Positions 7,864-16,882 of a stretch of 32,000 bases of DNA are shown here, piece by piece. The notes under the pieces were generated by a model, which had not been told where the DNA came from, made no database searches, and saw nothing but the letters and a program-made list of their open reading frames with translations. Numbering within the stretch: the first letter of the stretch is position 1; each line of letters opens with the position of its first letter. A program made the position numbers and the translations under genes. The stretch comes from an uncultured Actinomycetes bacterium (lineage in GTDB: Bacteria > Actinomycetota > Actinomycetes > S36-B12 > CAIYMF01), in contig CAWJMG010000003.1 in the NCBI GenBank assembly GCA_963843975.1, forward strand, positions 330,001-362,000. Reading direction: 5' to 3'.

Positions 7864-8502
7864 ATGAGCACCGCATCGTCCGAGCACTGGGAGTCCGTGC
7901 ATGCCGGCGCCGAGGTCGCGGGCGTGTCGTGGTGGCAGGACGACGACGCGGTGTGGGTCGACCTCGTCGAGCGCACCGGGGCCGGGCCGCACGCGCACGT
8001 CGTCGACCTGGGCACCGGGTCCTCCACCCTGCCGGACGCCCTGCTCGCGCGCGGCTACGACGACGTGACCCTCGTCGACCTGTCGCCGACGGCGCTCTCA
8101 CGCACGCGCGAGCGGCTGCGGGCGCACGTCCCCGACCTCGACGCGCGGCTGCGCACCGTGGTGGCCGACGTCCTCGAGCTCGAGCTGCGGCATCCCGCGA
8201 CGGTCTGGTTCGACCGCGCGGTCTTCCACTTCCTGACCGACCCCGACGACCGCGCGGTGTACGCCGCCACCCTGCGAGCCTGCCTCGCGCCGGGCGGCTG
8301 GGCCGTCGTCGCGACGTTCGCACCGGACGGGCCCGAGCGGTGCAGCGGCCTGCTGGTGCAGAGGTACGACGCCGACTCCCTCGTGGTCGCTCTCGAGGCG
8401 CAGGACTGGGAGCGCGTGATCGTCGAGCGGCGCGAGCACCGCACTCCGTGGGGTGCGGAGCAGCCGTTCACCGTGGTGGTCCTGCGGCGGCCGGAGAGCT
8501 GA
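7864..8502 (+). CDS. Class I SAM-dependent methyltransferase
   Basis: Motif I VVDLGTGSSTLPDALLARGY, then DDVTLVDLSPTAL. ATG 7864 chosen within track ORF 7846..8502 (GTG 7846 is an alternative). Confidence 0.8.
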   Translation: MSTASSEHWESVHAGAEVAGVSWWQDDDAVWVDLVERTGAGPHAHVVDLGTGSSTLPDALLARGYDDVTLVDLSPTALSRTRERLRAHVPDLDARLRTVVADVLELELRHPATVWFDRAVFHFLTDPDDRAVYAATLRACLAPGGWAVVATFAPDGPERCSGLLVQRYDADSLVVALEAQDWERVIVERREHRTPWGAEQPFTVVVLRRPES

Positions 8503-8718
8503 GCGGACTCGGCCCAGTCGTCCCAGCAGCACCAGGCGCCACGGGGATCGACTCCTGTTACCCCTGCGGTCACACAACGTCCACGATCGTGCGGTCGTTC
8601 ACCCATCCGGCCCCGCGCCGGTCTACCGTGCCGACATCCGGACGACCGCCCCGCGGGCGACCGTCCGGACGCAGACCGACGGCCCGCTGGATCGCTCCGA
8701 CTCCGGGCCCGGCCAGCA

Positions 8719-8762
8719 CCGGTGCCCCGGGTGGCGATGTCCCTCCCCTCCCGGGGCACCGG
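8719..8762 (+). other. 13-bp perfect hairpin with 18-nt C-rich loop in the intergenic region upstream of the PAS-GGDEF gene
   Basis: CCGGTGCCCCGGG (8719-8731) pairs perfectly with CCCGGGGCACCGG (8750-8762). The loop is TGGCGATGTCCCTCCCCT. Function unknown. Confidence 0.4.
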
Positions 8763-8814
8763 CATGCCGGCCGTCACGCGACCCAGCGGATCGTCACCAC
8801 CTGGTGAACTCGAC

Positions 8815-8905
8815 GGCTGAGACGCCGGACCACCTGCTCGTGCGCGCGGACGAGGCGCTCTACCTCGCCCAGGAGGCGGGCCGGAGACAGGTGTCGTTCG
8901 GCTGA
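8815..8905 (+). pseudogene. Remnant of the C-terminal end of a GGDEF (diguanylate cyclase) domain
   Basis: The end of track ORF 8453..8905 reads TAETPDHLLVRADEALYLAQEAGRRQVSFG. This matches the conserved GGDEF C-terminus (AD-x-ALY-x-AK-x-GRN-x-V) and keeps high GC3. The upstream part of that ORF is non-protein-like. A possible decayed GGD-VPPLPG lies in another frame at 8730-8759. Confidence 0.4.
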
Positions 8906-8990
8906 CTCGCCCCGGCGCGGCGGGCCCGGCGATGGCGCGCATCGCGGGCGGCCGCCCCCTACCGTTGACGCGAGGACGGGGAGGAGCGGA

Positions 8991-11021
8991 ATGACCGAGG
9001 CGCAGGCCGCTCGCGCGGCGTACAGCCCACGAGGGTCGCTGGTGCTCGCGGCCCTCGATGTCCTGCCCGACGCGTCGATCATGGTGTTCGACACCGACCT
9101 CGTCTTCGTCGTCGTCCGGGGCGAGGCGCTCCGGGACGTCGGCATGGATCCCGCCTCGCTCGAGGAGCGCCCGGCCGAGTTGGCGCTGGGCCCGTCGCGC
9201 TGGGCCTTCTACGAGCCCTTCTACCGCGCGGCCCTGGCAGGCGAGTCGTCGTCGATCGAGGTCGGCGCGGTGAGCGACGGCAACCGGCGGTACGTCGTCA
9301 ACGTCGGCCCCGTCCGCGACCACAGGGGCACGATCATCGGTGGCGTCGCCGTGGCCACCGACGTCTCCGACCACATGCGCCTGCGCGACGCTCTCGAGGA
9401 GAGCGAGGCGAGATTCCGTCTCCTCGCCGAGAACTCCTCGGACGTCGTCGTCCGCGTGGACGACGCATGGGACATCGGCTGGGTGTCGCCGTCGGTGCGC
9501 GAGGTGCTCGGGTACGAGCCGGAGGTGCTGATCGGCGCCCTGCTGCCCGCCTACCTGGCCCCGGAGTCGTGGCAGCAGGTCGAGACGGCCTACCGCGCCT
9601 GGGACAGGACCGACCACCTGCGCCAGGTGCTCTCCTTCGTCCGGGCGGACGGCCGCACGATCTGGATGGAGGCCGTCGCCCGGTCGATCACGCCGCCCGG
9701 TTCGGACAAGGTCATGACGGTCGTGAGCCTGCGGGACGTCGATGCCCAGGTGAGGGCGCAGCGCGAGGCGGAGGAGTCGCACCGGCTCTACCGGCTGCTC
9801 GCCGAGAACGCATCCGACGTCGTGTACATGGCCGACCGCAGCGGCATCATCACCTGGGCGTCGCCGACGTTCGCCACCGTGCTGGGCGTCGATCCGGAGG
9901 CTGCCGTCGGGATGCGGACCGAGCAGCTCATCCACCCGGACGACCGTGAGTTCGTCGGCAGCCGCCGGGCGGGCGTCTACAGCGGCGAGGCCACCGGCGA
10001 CGCGACCGTCCGTTACCGGACGGTGGGCGGCGGGTACGCCGAGATGGCGGTCAACGTCCACCTCCTCACGGACGACGAGGGTTCTGCCACGGGCGCGGTC
10101 GTGGGCCTGCACGACGTCACGGCCGAGCAGCGTGCGCTGCGCCAACTGGCCCGCAGCGAGGAGCGCTTCCGCCTTGCCATGACGGCTGCGCCCGTGGGCA
10201 TGGCCATCTCCGACCCGGAGGGTCGCTTCGTGCAGGTGAACGGGGCGCTCTGCCGGCTGCTCGACCTCGACGAGGCCGCAGTGCTGGGCTCGACGGTCAC
10301 GTCGTTCCTGGCCAAGGACGAGGTGGGCATCGTGGACGACGTGATGACCGCCCTCGCGGATCCTCAGCAGAGCACCTTCCGGCACGAGCACTCCCTCGTC
10401 TCGCCGACGCGGACCCTCTGGGTCGAGCACTCCGCCAGCGTGCTGCGCGACGAGAAGGGGGCAGCCGTCTTCTACGTGCACCAGTTCGCCGACCACACCG
10501 AGGCGAACGAGCTGCGCCAGGACCTGGAGTACCGCGCGAGCCACGACCCGCTCACCGGCGTCGTCAACCGCGGTGAGCTCATGACGCAGCTGACGCACAG
10601 CCTGCGACGCAACTACGGCGGGGCCGCCTGGCTCGGCGTGCTCTTCTGCGACATCGACAACCTCAAGCCGCTCAACGACGAGTACGGGCACCACACGGGC
10701 GACGTCGCGATCCAGACGGTTGCGCACCGGCTCCGCGGCGCGGTGCGATCGCAGGACCTCGTCGCCCGGATCGGCGGCGACGAGTTCGTCGTCCTGCTCG
10801 AGGGTCTGCACAGCCGCGAGCAGCTCGGTGCGATCGCGGAGAAGTGCCGCGCGGCGGTCGAGGGCCCGGTCGCCGTGGAGGAGCACAGCATCGAGGTCAG
10901 CGTGAGCGTGGGCGCGGTGCTGGCCGGTCAGGACGAGACGGCCGACGAGGTCCTGGCCCGGGCCGACCACGCCCTGCACCGCGCCAAGGTCGGCGGCCGC
11001 CGCCAGGTCGACCTCGACTGA
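8991..11021 (+). CDS. Cytoplasmic sensor diguanylate cyclase: four PAS domains + GGDEF domain with I-site
   Basis: ATG preceded by GGAGGAG. Three PAS N-caps recur (EESEARFRLLAENSSDVV, EESHRLYRLLAENASDVV, RSEERFRLAMTAAPVGM) after an earlier PAS-like module. The GGDEF domain reads DPLTGVVNRGEL, FCDIDNLKPLNDEYGHHTGD, RSQDLVARIGGDEFVVLL, with RxxD five residues before GGDEF. Confidence 0.9.
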   Translation: MTEAQAARAAYSPRGSLVLAALDVLPDASIMVFDTDLVFVVVRGEALRDVGMDPASLEERPAELALGPSRWAFYEPFYRAALAGESSSIEVGAVSDGNRRYVVNVGPVRDHRGTIIGGVAVATDVSDHMRLRDALEESEARFRLLAENSSDVVVRVDDAWDIGWVSPSVREVLGYEPEVLIGALLPAYLAPESWQQVETAYRAWDRTDHLRQVLSFVRADGRTIWMEAVARSITPPGSDKVMTVVSLRDVDAQVRAQREAEESHRLYRLLAENASDVVYMADRSGIITWASPTFATVLGVDPEAAVGMRTEQLIHPDDREFVGSRRAGVYSGEATGDATVRYRTVGGGYAEMAVNVHLLTDDEGSATGAVVGLHDVTAEQRALRQLARSEERFRLAMTAAPVGMAISDPEGRFVQVNGALCRLLDLDEAAVLGSTVTSFLAKDEVGIVDDVMTALADPQQSTFRHEHSLVSPTRTLWVEHSASVLRDEKGAAVFYVHQFADHTEANELRQDLEYRASHDPLTGVVNRGELMTQLTHSLRRNYGGAAWLGVLFCDIDNLKPLNDEYGHHTGDVAIQTVAHRLRGAVRSQDLVARIGGDEFVVLLEGLHSREQLGAIAEKCRAAVEGPVAVEEHSIEVSVSVGAVLAGQDETADEVLARADHALHRAKVGGRRQVDLD

Positions 11022-11100
11022 TGCGCTTCGGCGGCATGCGTCGTGTCACACCGGGGGCCAGACCCGCCGTCGGACGCGCGCCGGGTGCCACGATGTCGGC

Positions 11101-11658
11101 ATGACCGCACCGGTGCTGCGCGAGGGCGTCGTCATGCTGCGCCCGCCGTCGCGGGAGGACCGCGACACCCGGAAGAAGCACGGCTGGTGGGCCGCGATCG
11201 AGCGGGGCTTCGGCCACGTCGAGCAGGACCGCCCGATGACCGACGAGGAGGCCGACGCCTGGGTCTCGCGGGCGCTCGGCGCGTCGAGCGACACGTGGTG
11301 GGTCGTGGAGGTCGATGGCGAGGCCGCCGGCGTGGCGTTCCTGCACATGTTCGAGGAAGACCCTCCGCGCGCGCGGTACGCCGTCGGCCTCTTCCACCCC
11401 GAGCTCATCGGCCGGGGGATCGGTTCGGCCACCACGCGCGCGGTGCTGCGGCACGCGTTCGACGACCTCGGTCTCGCGGAGGTCGACCTGCGCGTGCTCG
11501 AGATCAACGACGCTGCCATCCGCTGCTACGAGGCGTGCGGATTCCGCGTCACGGGCCGTGAGCCCGACACCTGCGAGCTGCACGGGGAGACGTACGACGA
11601 CTTCGTCATGACCGCGCACGCCGGCGGCTGGCCCGCCGTCCACCACGGGTCGTCATGA
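11101..11658 (+). CDS. GNAT-family N-acetyltransferase (RimJ/RimL-like)
   Basis: VVMLRPPSREDRD..., then WWVVEVDGEAAGVAFL, the acetyl-CoA loop LIGRGIGSATTRAVLRHAF, and EINDAAIRCYEACGFRVTG. Confidence 0.85.
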   Translation: MTAPVLREGVVMLRPPSREDRDTRKKHGWWAAIERGFGHVEQDRPMTDEEADAWVSRALGASSDTWWVVEVDGEAAGVAFLHMFEEDPPRARYAVGLFHPELIGRGIGSATTRAVLRHAFDDLGLAEVDLRVLEINDAAIRCYEACGFRVTGREPDTCELHGETYDDFVMTAHAGGWPAVHHGSS

Positions 11659-11759
11659 CCCGCTGGGTCTGCGAGAGCTGCGGTCGCCAGGGCGAGAGCG
11701 ACGACGACGTCGACCGACTCCAGTGCCCCGACTGCGGCGAGCCCGTCGTCCCGCGCTGA
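11655..11759 (+). CDS. 34-aa zinc-ribbon micro-protein (MTRWVCESCGRQGESDDDVDRLQCPDCGEPVVPR)
   Basis: ATG 11655-11657 overlaps the GNAT TGA 11656-11658 (ATGA). Two CxxCG knuckles 14 residues apart. Third positions are G/C in 32 of the 33 post-ATG sense codons. Too short to appear in the ORF track. Its stop lies 5 nt from the stop of the convergent gene. Confidence 0.5.
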   Translation: MTRWVCESCGRQGESDDDVDRLQCPDCGEPVVPR

Positions 11760-11764
11760 CGTGC

Positions 11765-12073
11765 TCAGCCGGTGATGTTGCGCCAGGCCGTGTAGATCAT
11801 GAAGCCGAGGGCCGCCGCCATGGCGATGCCCACGATCGTCCGGGCCACGATGCCGAGCTGCAGGCCGGAGGTCGCGGTCTTCTTGGGCACAGGCTTGGGC
11901 TTCGGGAGCGGCGTCATCACGGCGGGCCCGCCGACGACGCGGTCGAGGTCACCGCCCGTGCGGTCGTACTGCGTCGGCAGCGCCTCGGTGGGCTGCTGGA
12001 GGGTGCCGTCGGGCACGAGCCGGGTGAGGTCGGAGGCGGCCCAGCCGCGCGTGGGGGTGTCCTCGCTGCTCAT
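11765..12073 (-). CDS. Tail-anchored membrane protein (102 aa), hypothetical
   Basis: ATG 12073 within track ORF 11765..12298. Acidic/Pro-rich N-terminal part, a KPKPVPKK linker, and a single C-terminal TM helix GIVARTIVGIAMAAALGFMIY. Confidence 0.55.
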   Translation of the reverse strand: MSSEDTPTRGWAASDLTRLVPDGTLQQPTEALPTQYDRTGGDLDRVVGGPAVMTPLPKPKPVPKKTATSGLQLGIVARTIVGIAMAAALGFMIYTAWRNITG

Positions 12074-12206
12074 GCGTCCATGCTCGCACCGGTGGCTCGG
12101 GATGCAGCGCCACGACGCTGAGATTCCGCTTCGCGCCGAACTCACCTGACCCAGCCAGGTGCGCAGAAACAGCCTTCGTTTCGCGCGCTTTCCTGGGTGA
12201 CGTGCC

Positions 12207-15188
12207 TCAGGCGTGGAGGCGGACGTGCGAGGGGCCCTGCGGGTCGGTACGCCGGACCTCGAGCCGCTCGGTGGTGCGGTCCTTGAGGTCGGCGACATGC
12301 GACACGATGCCTACCGCGCGGCCCCGGTCACGCAGGTCGTCGATGACCGACATGACCTGGTCGAGGGTCTCGGGGTCGAGGGTGCCGAACCCCTCGTCGA
12401 TGAACAGCGTGTCGAGCTCGACGCCGCCCGCCTCCGTTGTGACGACGTCCGCGAGGCCGAGGGCGAGGGCGAGCGAGGTGTAGAACGTCTCGCCGCCCGA
12501 GAGCGACTTCGGGCTGCGTGCCTCTCCGGTGTGTCGGTCGACGACGCGCAGCGCGAGGCCCGTGCGCTCGGACTTCTTCTCGGCCTCGTCGGTGCGCTCG
12601 AGCTCGTACCGGCCGGCGCTCATCGCGGCGAGCCGTACGTTGGCCGCCTCGACCACCTGCTCGAACCAGCGCCGCAGCACGTACGTCGTCAGCGTCATGC
12701 GCAGCGCGCCGCTCGTGCCCTTGGCGAGCCCGGCGAGGCGGTTGACGGCCGCGGTGCCGGCGACGACGTCGGCGTGGTGAGCGACGGCGGCTCCGACCTC
12801 GGCCCGCATCGCGTCGAAGCGGGTGAGACGGAGCGACGCGGTGGCGACGGCAGCGGTCGCGGCGCGGTGGCGGACCTCTGCCTCCGCGCGGGCCGCGGCA
12901 GCCGCGGTGCTGCGGCCCGCGAGCTCGGCGGCATCGACCGCCACGACAGCGGCGAAGCGGGGATCGCCGGCCGCGGCCTCGCGGGCGGCGAGGGTGCGCG
13001 TCCACTCGTCGACGGCAGTCTGCAGCTCGGCGACCTGCGGGCCGCTGCGGTGAGCCGCGCGCGCTGCAGCGACGTCGGAGAAACCCGCCTCGGCCGCTGC
13101 CGCGGTGGAGGCCTGCAGGGCCTGCTCCCGACGTCCGACCGCCTGGGCCGTGGCTGCGACCGCGGCTCCGAGCGCACGGGCCCGGACAGCGTCGGACCGC
13201 AGGCTGCTCTGACGGTCGGCGACGCTGGGGTGGCTGCCGCGGGCGGCCTCGATCTCGGTCGACGCCGCGGCGAGCGCGGCCGCGCGGGTGTCGTGCGCCG
13301 CCGTGGCCGCAGCCAGCGACGTCGTCTCCGCCGTCACCGTGGCCTCGTGGCCGGCGAGCTCGGCCTTGAGCGCGGCCACCCGCGCGCCGAGCGCCTCGAC
13401 CTGGGCGGCAGCGGCGGTGATGGCGGCGAGGTCGGCGCGGCGCGTCGCGAGCTCGGCGGTGGCGACCGCGACCTCGACGCCGCCCGAGGCCGCCTCGAGG
13501 GTCGCGCGCCGGACGACCAGTGCGTCGAGCTCGGCCTGGGCGGTGGCCTCGGAGTCCTGGGCCGCGGCGTACGCCGACTCGGCGGCTGCGACGTCGTCGG
13601 CGGTGACGGCGTCGTCGGCGGGCTCGGCCGGGCTCGGGTGCTCGGTGCTGCCGCAGACCGCGCACGGCTCGCCGTCGCGCAGCTGCGCCGACAGCACGGC
13701 CGCGATGCCGTCGAGGTGACGCTCGCGCAGGTCGTTCCAGGCCTCGTGCGCGGCGAGACGCACGCTCACCTGCTCCTGCAGCGCACGGGAGGCGACCTCG
13801 AGGCGGGGGAGCAGTGCGGCCAGTGCCGTGGCTGCCTCGGCCCGGGCCGCGAAGCGCTCGACGTCGGCCGCCGCCGCGTCGGCACCCGCGGCCTGGACGA
13901 CGGCGGAGTCGCGGTCGGCGGCGGCGGCCTCGATCTGGTCGGGCAGTGCCGCGCACGCCTGCTGGGCGGAGGCCAGCCGCGCGGCCGCGGCGTCTCGGGC
14001 CTCGGCGAGCCGCGCGACCTCGGCCGCGTCGGCGGTGAGCGCCTGCTCGCGCGCGACCAGGTGCTCCAGTCCGGCTGCCTCGTCGTCGGCCGAGCGTGCT
14101 GCCGCGTCGTGGTGGGCCGCGCCGGAGGCGAGCGCCGCATCAGGGTCGGGCGCGAGCGCCGCGAGGGATCCGTGGGCCGCAGCGACCTCGGCCTCGCAGG
14201 TGTCGAGCTGCTCGAGACGTACGCCGACCGGCCCGGCAGCCAGCGCCGCGGCGAGCTCGGCCGCGCGCGCGTCGTGCGCGGGCCTGGTCGCCCGGTGCTG
14301 CTCGGCCAGAGCCGTCGCCGCCGCGAGCTCGCGCACGAGCGAGGCGGTGGCGTCGACGGCGTCGCGCTGGGCCGTGGCGGCGGCCAGGGCCGTCGCGGCC
14401 TCGCCCTCCTCGGCGGTGGCGGCCGAAGCCGCGGTGGCGAGACGGTCGGCGATCTCCGCCAGCCGGGTCGACCGCTGCGCCTCCGGCGTACCCGCGAGCG
14501 CCCCATCATCACCGGGTGAGGCGCCGGCGGCCTCGTCGGCTGCGGCGACCGCGGTGTCGACGGCCGCCGATGCGGCGTCGCGCAGGCGGGAGGCCTCGGT
14601 GCGCCGGTTCTCCAGCTCGCGGGTGACCTTGTCGTAGAGGCCCGTGCCGAAGATCTGCGTGAGCAGGATGCGACGCACGTCGTCGTCGGCGCGCAGGAAC
14701 GTGGCGAACTCGCCCTGCGGCAGCAGCACCACCTTGGTGAACTGGTCGGGCGTGAGACCGACGCGGTCGCGGATCTCGGTGTTGGCCTCCTGCACGTGAC
14801 TGCTCACCGACGCCCACGCACCGGCGTCGAGCTTCTCCAGGTGCACGTGGCCCTTCTCGAGCGTCGTGCCGTCGCCGCGCTTCTTGGGGCGGAGGTGGTC
14901 GGGCACGCGCGTGATCCGCAGGCGCTCGCCACCGACCGACAGCTCGAGCACCACCTCGGGCACGGCGTCGGGCGGTGCGAAGTGCGATCGGAGCCGGTCG
15001 GTCGAGCTCTCGGTGCCTGCGGTCGCGCCGTACAGGGCGAAGGTGATGGCGTCGAGGATCGTCGACTTGCCGGCGCCGGTCGGCCCCTCGAGCAGGAAGA
15101 GACCTGACGCTGTGAGCGCGTCCATGTCGATCGACTCGGTGCCGGCGAACGGGCCGAACGCGGTGAGGCTCAGGGCATGCAGGCGCAT
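12207..15188 (-). CDS. sbcC: SbcC-type SMC-like ATPase (exonuclease SbcCD subunit C)
   Basis: Start MRLHALSLTAFGPF at ATG 15188 (the upstream part of the track ORF is junk). Walker A GPTGAGKST, a very long Ala-rich coiled coil, zinc hook GEPCAVCGSTEHP, ABC signature LSGGETF and Walker B LFIDEGFGTLD. The ATG shares one base with the sbcD stop. Confidence 0.9.
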   Translation of the reverse strand: MRLHALSLTAFGPFAGTESIDMDALTASGLFLLEGPTGAGKSTILDAITFALYGATAGTESSTDRLRSHFAPPDAVPEVVLELSVGGERLRITRVPDHLRPKKRGDGTTLEKGHVHLEKLDAGAWASVSSHVQEANTEIRDRVGLTPDQFTKVVLLPQGEFATFLRADDDVRRILLTQIFGTGLYDKVTRELENRRTEASRLRDAASAAVDTAVAAADEAAGASPGDDGALAGTPEAQRSTRLAEIADRLATAASAATAEEGEAATALAAATAQRDAVDATASLVRELAAATALAEQHRATRPAHDARAAELAAALAAGPVGVRLEQLDTCEAEVAAAHGSLAALAPDPDAALASGAAHHDAAARSADDEAAGLEHLVAREQALTADAAEVARLAEARDAAAARLASAQQACAALPDQIEAAAADRDSAVVQAAGADAAAADVERFAARAEAATALAALLPRLEVASRALQEQVSVRLAAHEAWNDLRERHLDGIAAVLSAQLRDGEPCAVCGSTEHPSPAEPADDAVTADDVAAAESAYAAAQDSEATAQAELDALVVRRATLEAASGGVEVAVATAELATRRADLAAITAAAAQVEALGARVAALKAELAGHEATVTAETTSLAAATAAHDTRAAALAAASTEIEAARGSHPSVADRQSSLRSDAVRARALGAAVAATAQAVGRREQALQASTAAAAEAGFSDVAAARAAHRSGPQVAELQTAVDEWTRTLAAREAAAGDPRFAAVVAVDAAELAGRSTAAAAARAEAEVRHRAATAAVATASLRLTRFDAMRAEVGAAVAHHADVVAGTAAVNRLAGLAKGTSGALRMTLTTYVLRRWFEQVVEAANVRLAAMSAGRYELERTDEAEKKSERTGLALRVVDRHTGEARSPKSLSGGETFYTSLALALGLADVVTTEAGGVELDTLFIDEGFGTLDPETLDQVMSVIDDLRDRGRAVGIVSHVADLKDRTTERLEVRRTDPQGPSHVRLHA

Positions 15189-16354
15189 CAGCCGCTCACC
15201 TCGCCGTGCCGGACGGCTTCGACGGCGTCGCGCAGGATGCGCCGCTCCTCGTCGGTGGGCGGCACGCGGTCGACGTACTCCACGAACAGCGTGGTGATCT
15301 CGACCGGGTCGTTGGTGCTGCGCAGGCGCGCGAGGTCGGTCTCCTCGGAGACCGCGGTGCCGTCGGGCTCGAAGGCGAGAACGAGGGTGTGCGGCCAGTG
15401 CTCGCGCAGCCGCTCCATCGGGGCGGCGGGCCGGCTCGGATCGGTGAGCACCACCTTCAACCACGCGTCGGCGAGATCGGCGAGGTCGGTGCCCGCCCGC
15501 TCGACGAGCTCGTCGAGACGCCCGCGGACCTCGCGCAGCGGGCGTGGAACCGGCGCTGCGATGACGCTGGTGGTCACCTCGCCGTCGGAGCCGATCTCGA
15601 CGAGCGTGACCGACTTGGCGTCGTCCTTCTCGCTGAAGGAGAAGGCGAGCGGTGAGCCGCTGTAGCGCAGCACCGTGCTGCTGCCGGCGAGGCTGACCTG
15701 CTGCGGGCGGTGCAGGTGGCCGAGGGCGACGTACGAGACGCCGTCGAAGACGTGGGCGGGGGAGTCGCCGATGCCGCCGACGCGGATGTCGCGCTCGGAG
15801 TCGGTGACCGTGCCGCCCGTGACGAACGCGTGCGACAGCACGACGGTGCGTGCGATGCCGCGAGCGGCGGCGTCGGCACGGATGCGTCGTACGGCCTCGC
15901 CGAGCACGGCCTCGTGCGAGCGCTCGGTGCCGAGAGCGTCCTTGGCGGCATCGGGCAGGAGGTAGGGGATGCCGTAGACGGCGACCTCGCCGTGGTCGTC
16001 GGCGAGGACGACGGGCTCGGTGATGGCGGCCACGGTCGTGCGCAGGTGGATGCGCGAGACGGCGGCGAGCCCGCTGCCGAAGCCGAGACGGACGGCGGAG
16101 TCGTGATTGCCGCTGACGACGACGAGCGGCACGCGCGCCTCGGCGAAGGCCAGGAACGTGCGGTCGAGGAGCTGCACCGACTCAAGAGGCGGGACGGCGC
16201 GGTCGTAGACGTCGCCGGAGACGAGGACGGCGTCGACCTGCTGCTCCTGCGCCGTCTCGAGCAGCCAGGCGAGGAACGCCTCGTGCGCCGAGTGCAGGCT
16301 GGTCTGGAACAGCGTGCGGCCGAGGTGCCAGTCGGAGGTGTGCAGCAGCCTCAC
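15188..16354 (-). CDS. sbcD: SbcD/Mre11-type nuclease (exonuclease SbcCD subunit D)
   Basis: VRLLHTSDWHLGR (motif I), VLVSGDVYDR, VVVSGNHDS, VLSHAFV, and GH in ALGHLHRPQ. GTG 16354 chosen because SbcD proteins start immediately before the LHTSDWHLG motif. The track ATG at 16417 would add 21 residues. Confidence 0.88.
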   Translation of the reverse strand: MRLLHTSDWHLGRTLFQTSLHSAHEAFLAWLLETAQEQQVDAVLVSGDVYDRAVPPLESVQLLDRTFLAFAEARVPLVVVSGNHDSAVRLGFGSGLAAVSRIHLRTTVAAITEPVVLADDHGEVAVYGIPYLLPDAAKDALGTERSHEAVLGEAVRRIRADAAARGIARTVVLSHAFVTGGTVTDSERDIRVGGIGDSPAHVFDGVSYVALGHLHRPQQVSLAGSSTVLRYSGSPLAFSFSEKDDAKSVTLVEIGSDGEVTTSVIAAPVPRPLREVRGRLDELVERAGTDLADLADAWLKVVLTDPSRPAAPMERLREHWPHTLVLAFEPDGTAVSEETDLARLRSTNDPVEITTLFVEYVDRVPPTDEERRILRDAVEAVRHGEVSG

Positions 16355-16534
16355 GCGGCACCTCGCGGTGTCGAGCGCCTGGTGCCGTGCGGTGCCATCG
16401 ACGAGCCCCTCGTGCATCCGACCTCGCCGACGCGGTCGCGCATCGGCCTGCCGCCGACGCTAGGGGGTGGCACCGACATCCGGCCCGGCGGGGCGCACCT
16501 CGGCGTGGCGTCCGGCGTCCTGCACGATGGGCGC

Positions 16535-16882
16535 ATGAGCACCGGCTGGTCGGACGATCCCGCGGCACCCGTCGACGAGCGGCCGCCGTTCCGCCGGTCG
16601 TTCGCCCTGGGGATCGTCGGTGCGCTGCTCCTCGCCGTGGCCGCCGCCGTCCTCGCCCTCGCGTCGCCGACCGTGTCGGCCGGCGGATCCACCTGGGCCT
16701 GCTGGGCGCCGGCCCTCGGGTACGACTCCTCCGCCGGCGCGCTGCCCGCCGAGGTCGTGGCCGCCTGCCAGACCCCGGTGACCTCCCGCCTCGTGATGTC
16801 GCTCGTCCTCGCCGTCGCCGCGCTCGTGCTCGGGGCCGTGACCACGATCCGCGCGACCACCGTGCCGCGGACCGAGCGCTGA
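16535..16882 (+). CDS. Small membrane protein (115 aa), two TM helices flanking a Cys-containing loop
   Basis: ATG 16535 inside track ORF 15710..16882, whose upstream part is antisense to sbcD. Hydrophobic stretches FALGIVGALLLAVAAAVLALA and LVMSLVLAVAALVLGAVTTI. Confidence 0.55.
   Translation: MSTGWSDDPAAPVDERPPFRRSFALGIVGALLLAVAAAVLALASPTVSAGGSTWACWAPALGYDSSAGALPAEVVAACQTPVTSRLVMSLVLAVAALVLGAVTTIRATTVPRTER

Noticed and set aside
11101-11759. GNAT + small downstream protein as a GNAT-type toxin-antitoxin pair.
   Set aside because: Known GNAT toxins have an upstream RHH/DUF1778 antitoxin. Here the partner is downstream, is a zinc ribbon, and the GNAT looks RimJ/RimL-like.
12213-14519. A 768-aa ORF antisense to sbcC, and similar giant ORFs in the track (4988..8323, 8055..10979, 17009..20470, 1986..3176, 2726..4138, 3438..5138, 21885..23642, the upstream part of 2783..5737, and others).
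   Set aside because: Their translations are Arg/Gly/Pro/Ala-rich low-complexity strings with no motifs. They lie opposite or out of frame to ORFs with clear domain signatures. Long stop-free off-frames are expected in DNA this GC-rich.
12207-16354. SbcC/SbcD-like pair as a possible SMC-type anti-phage system (Wadjet/Lamassu-like), given the neighbouring NERD gene.
   Set aside because: Both proteins have the canonical housekeeping SbcCD layout: Mre11-type motifs, a CxxC zinc hook, and a two-gene coupled operon. The additional subunits typical of those defence systems are absent.
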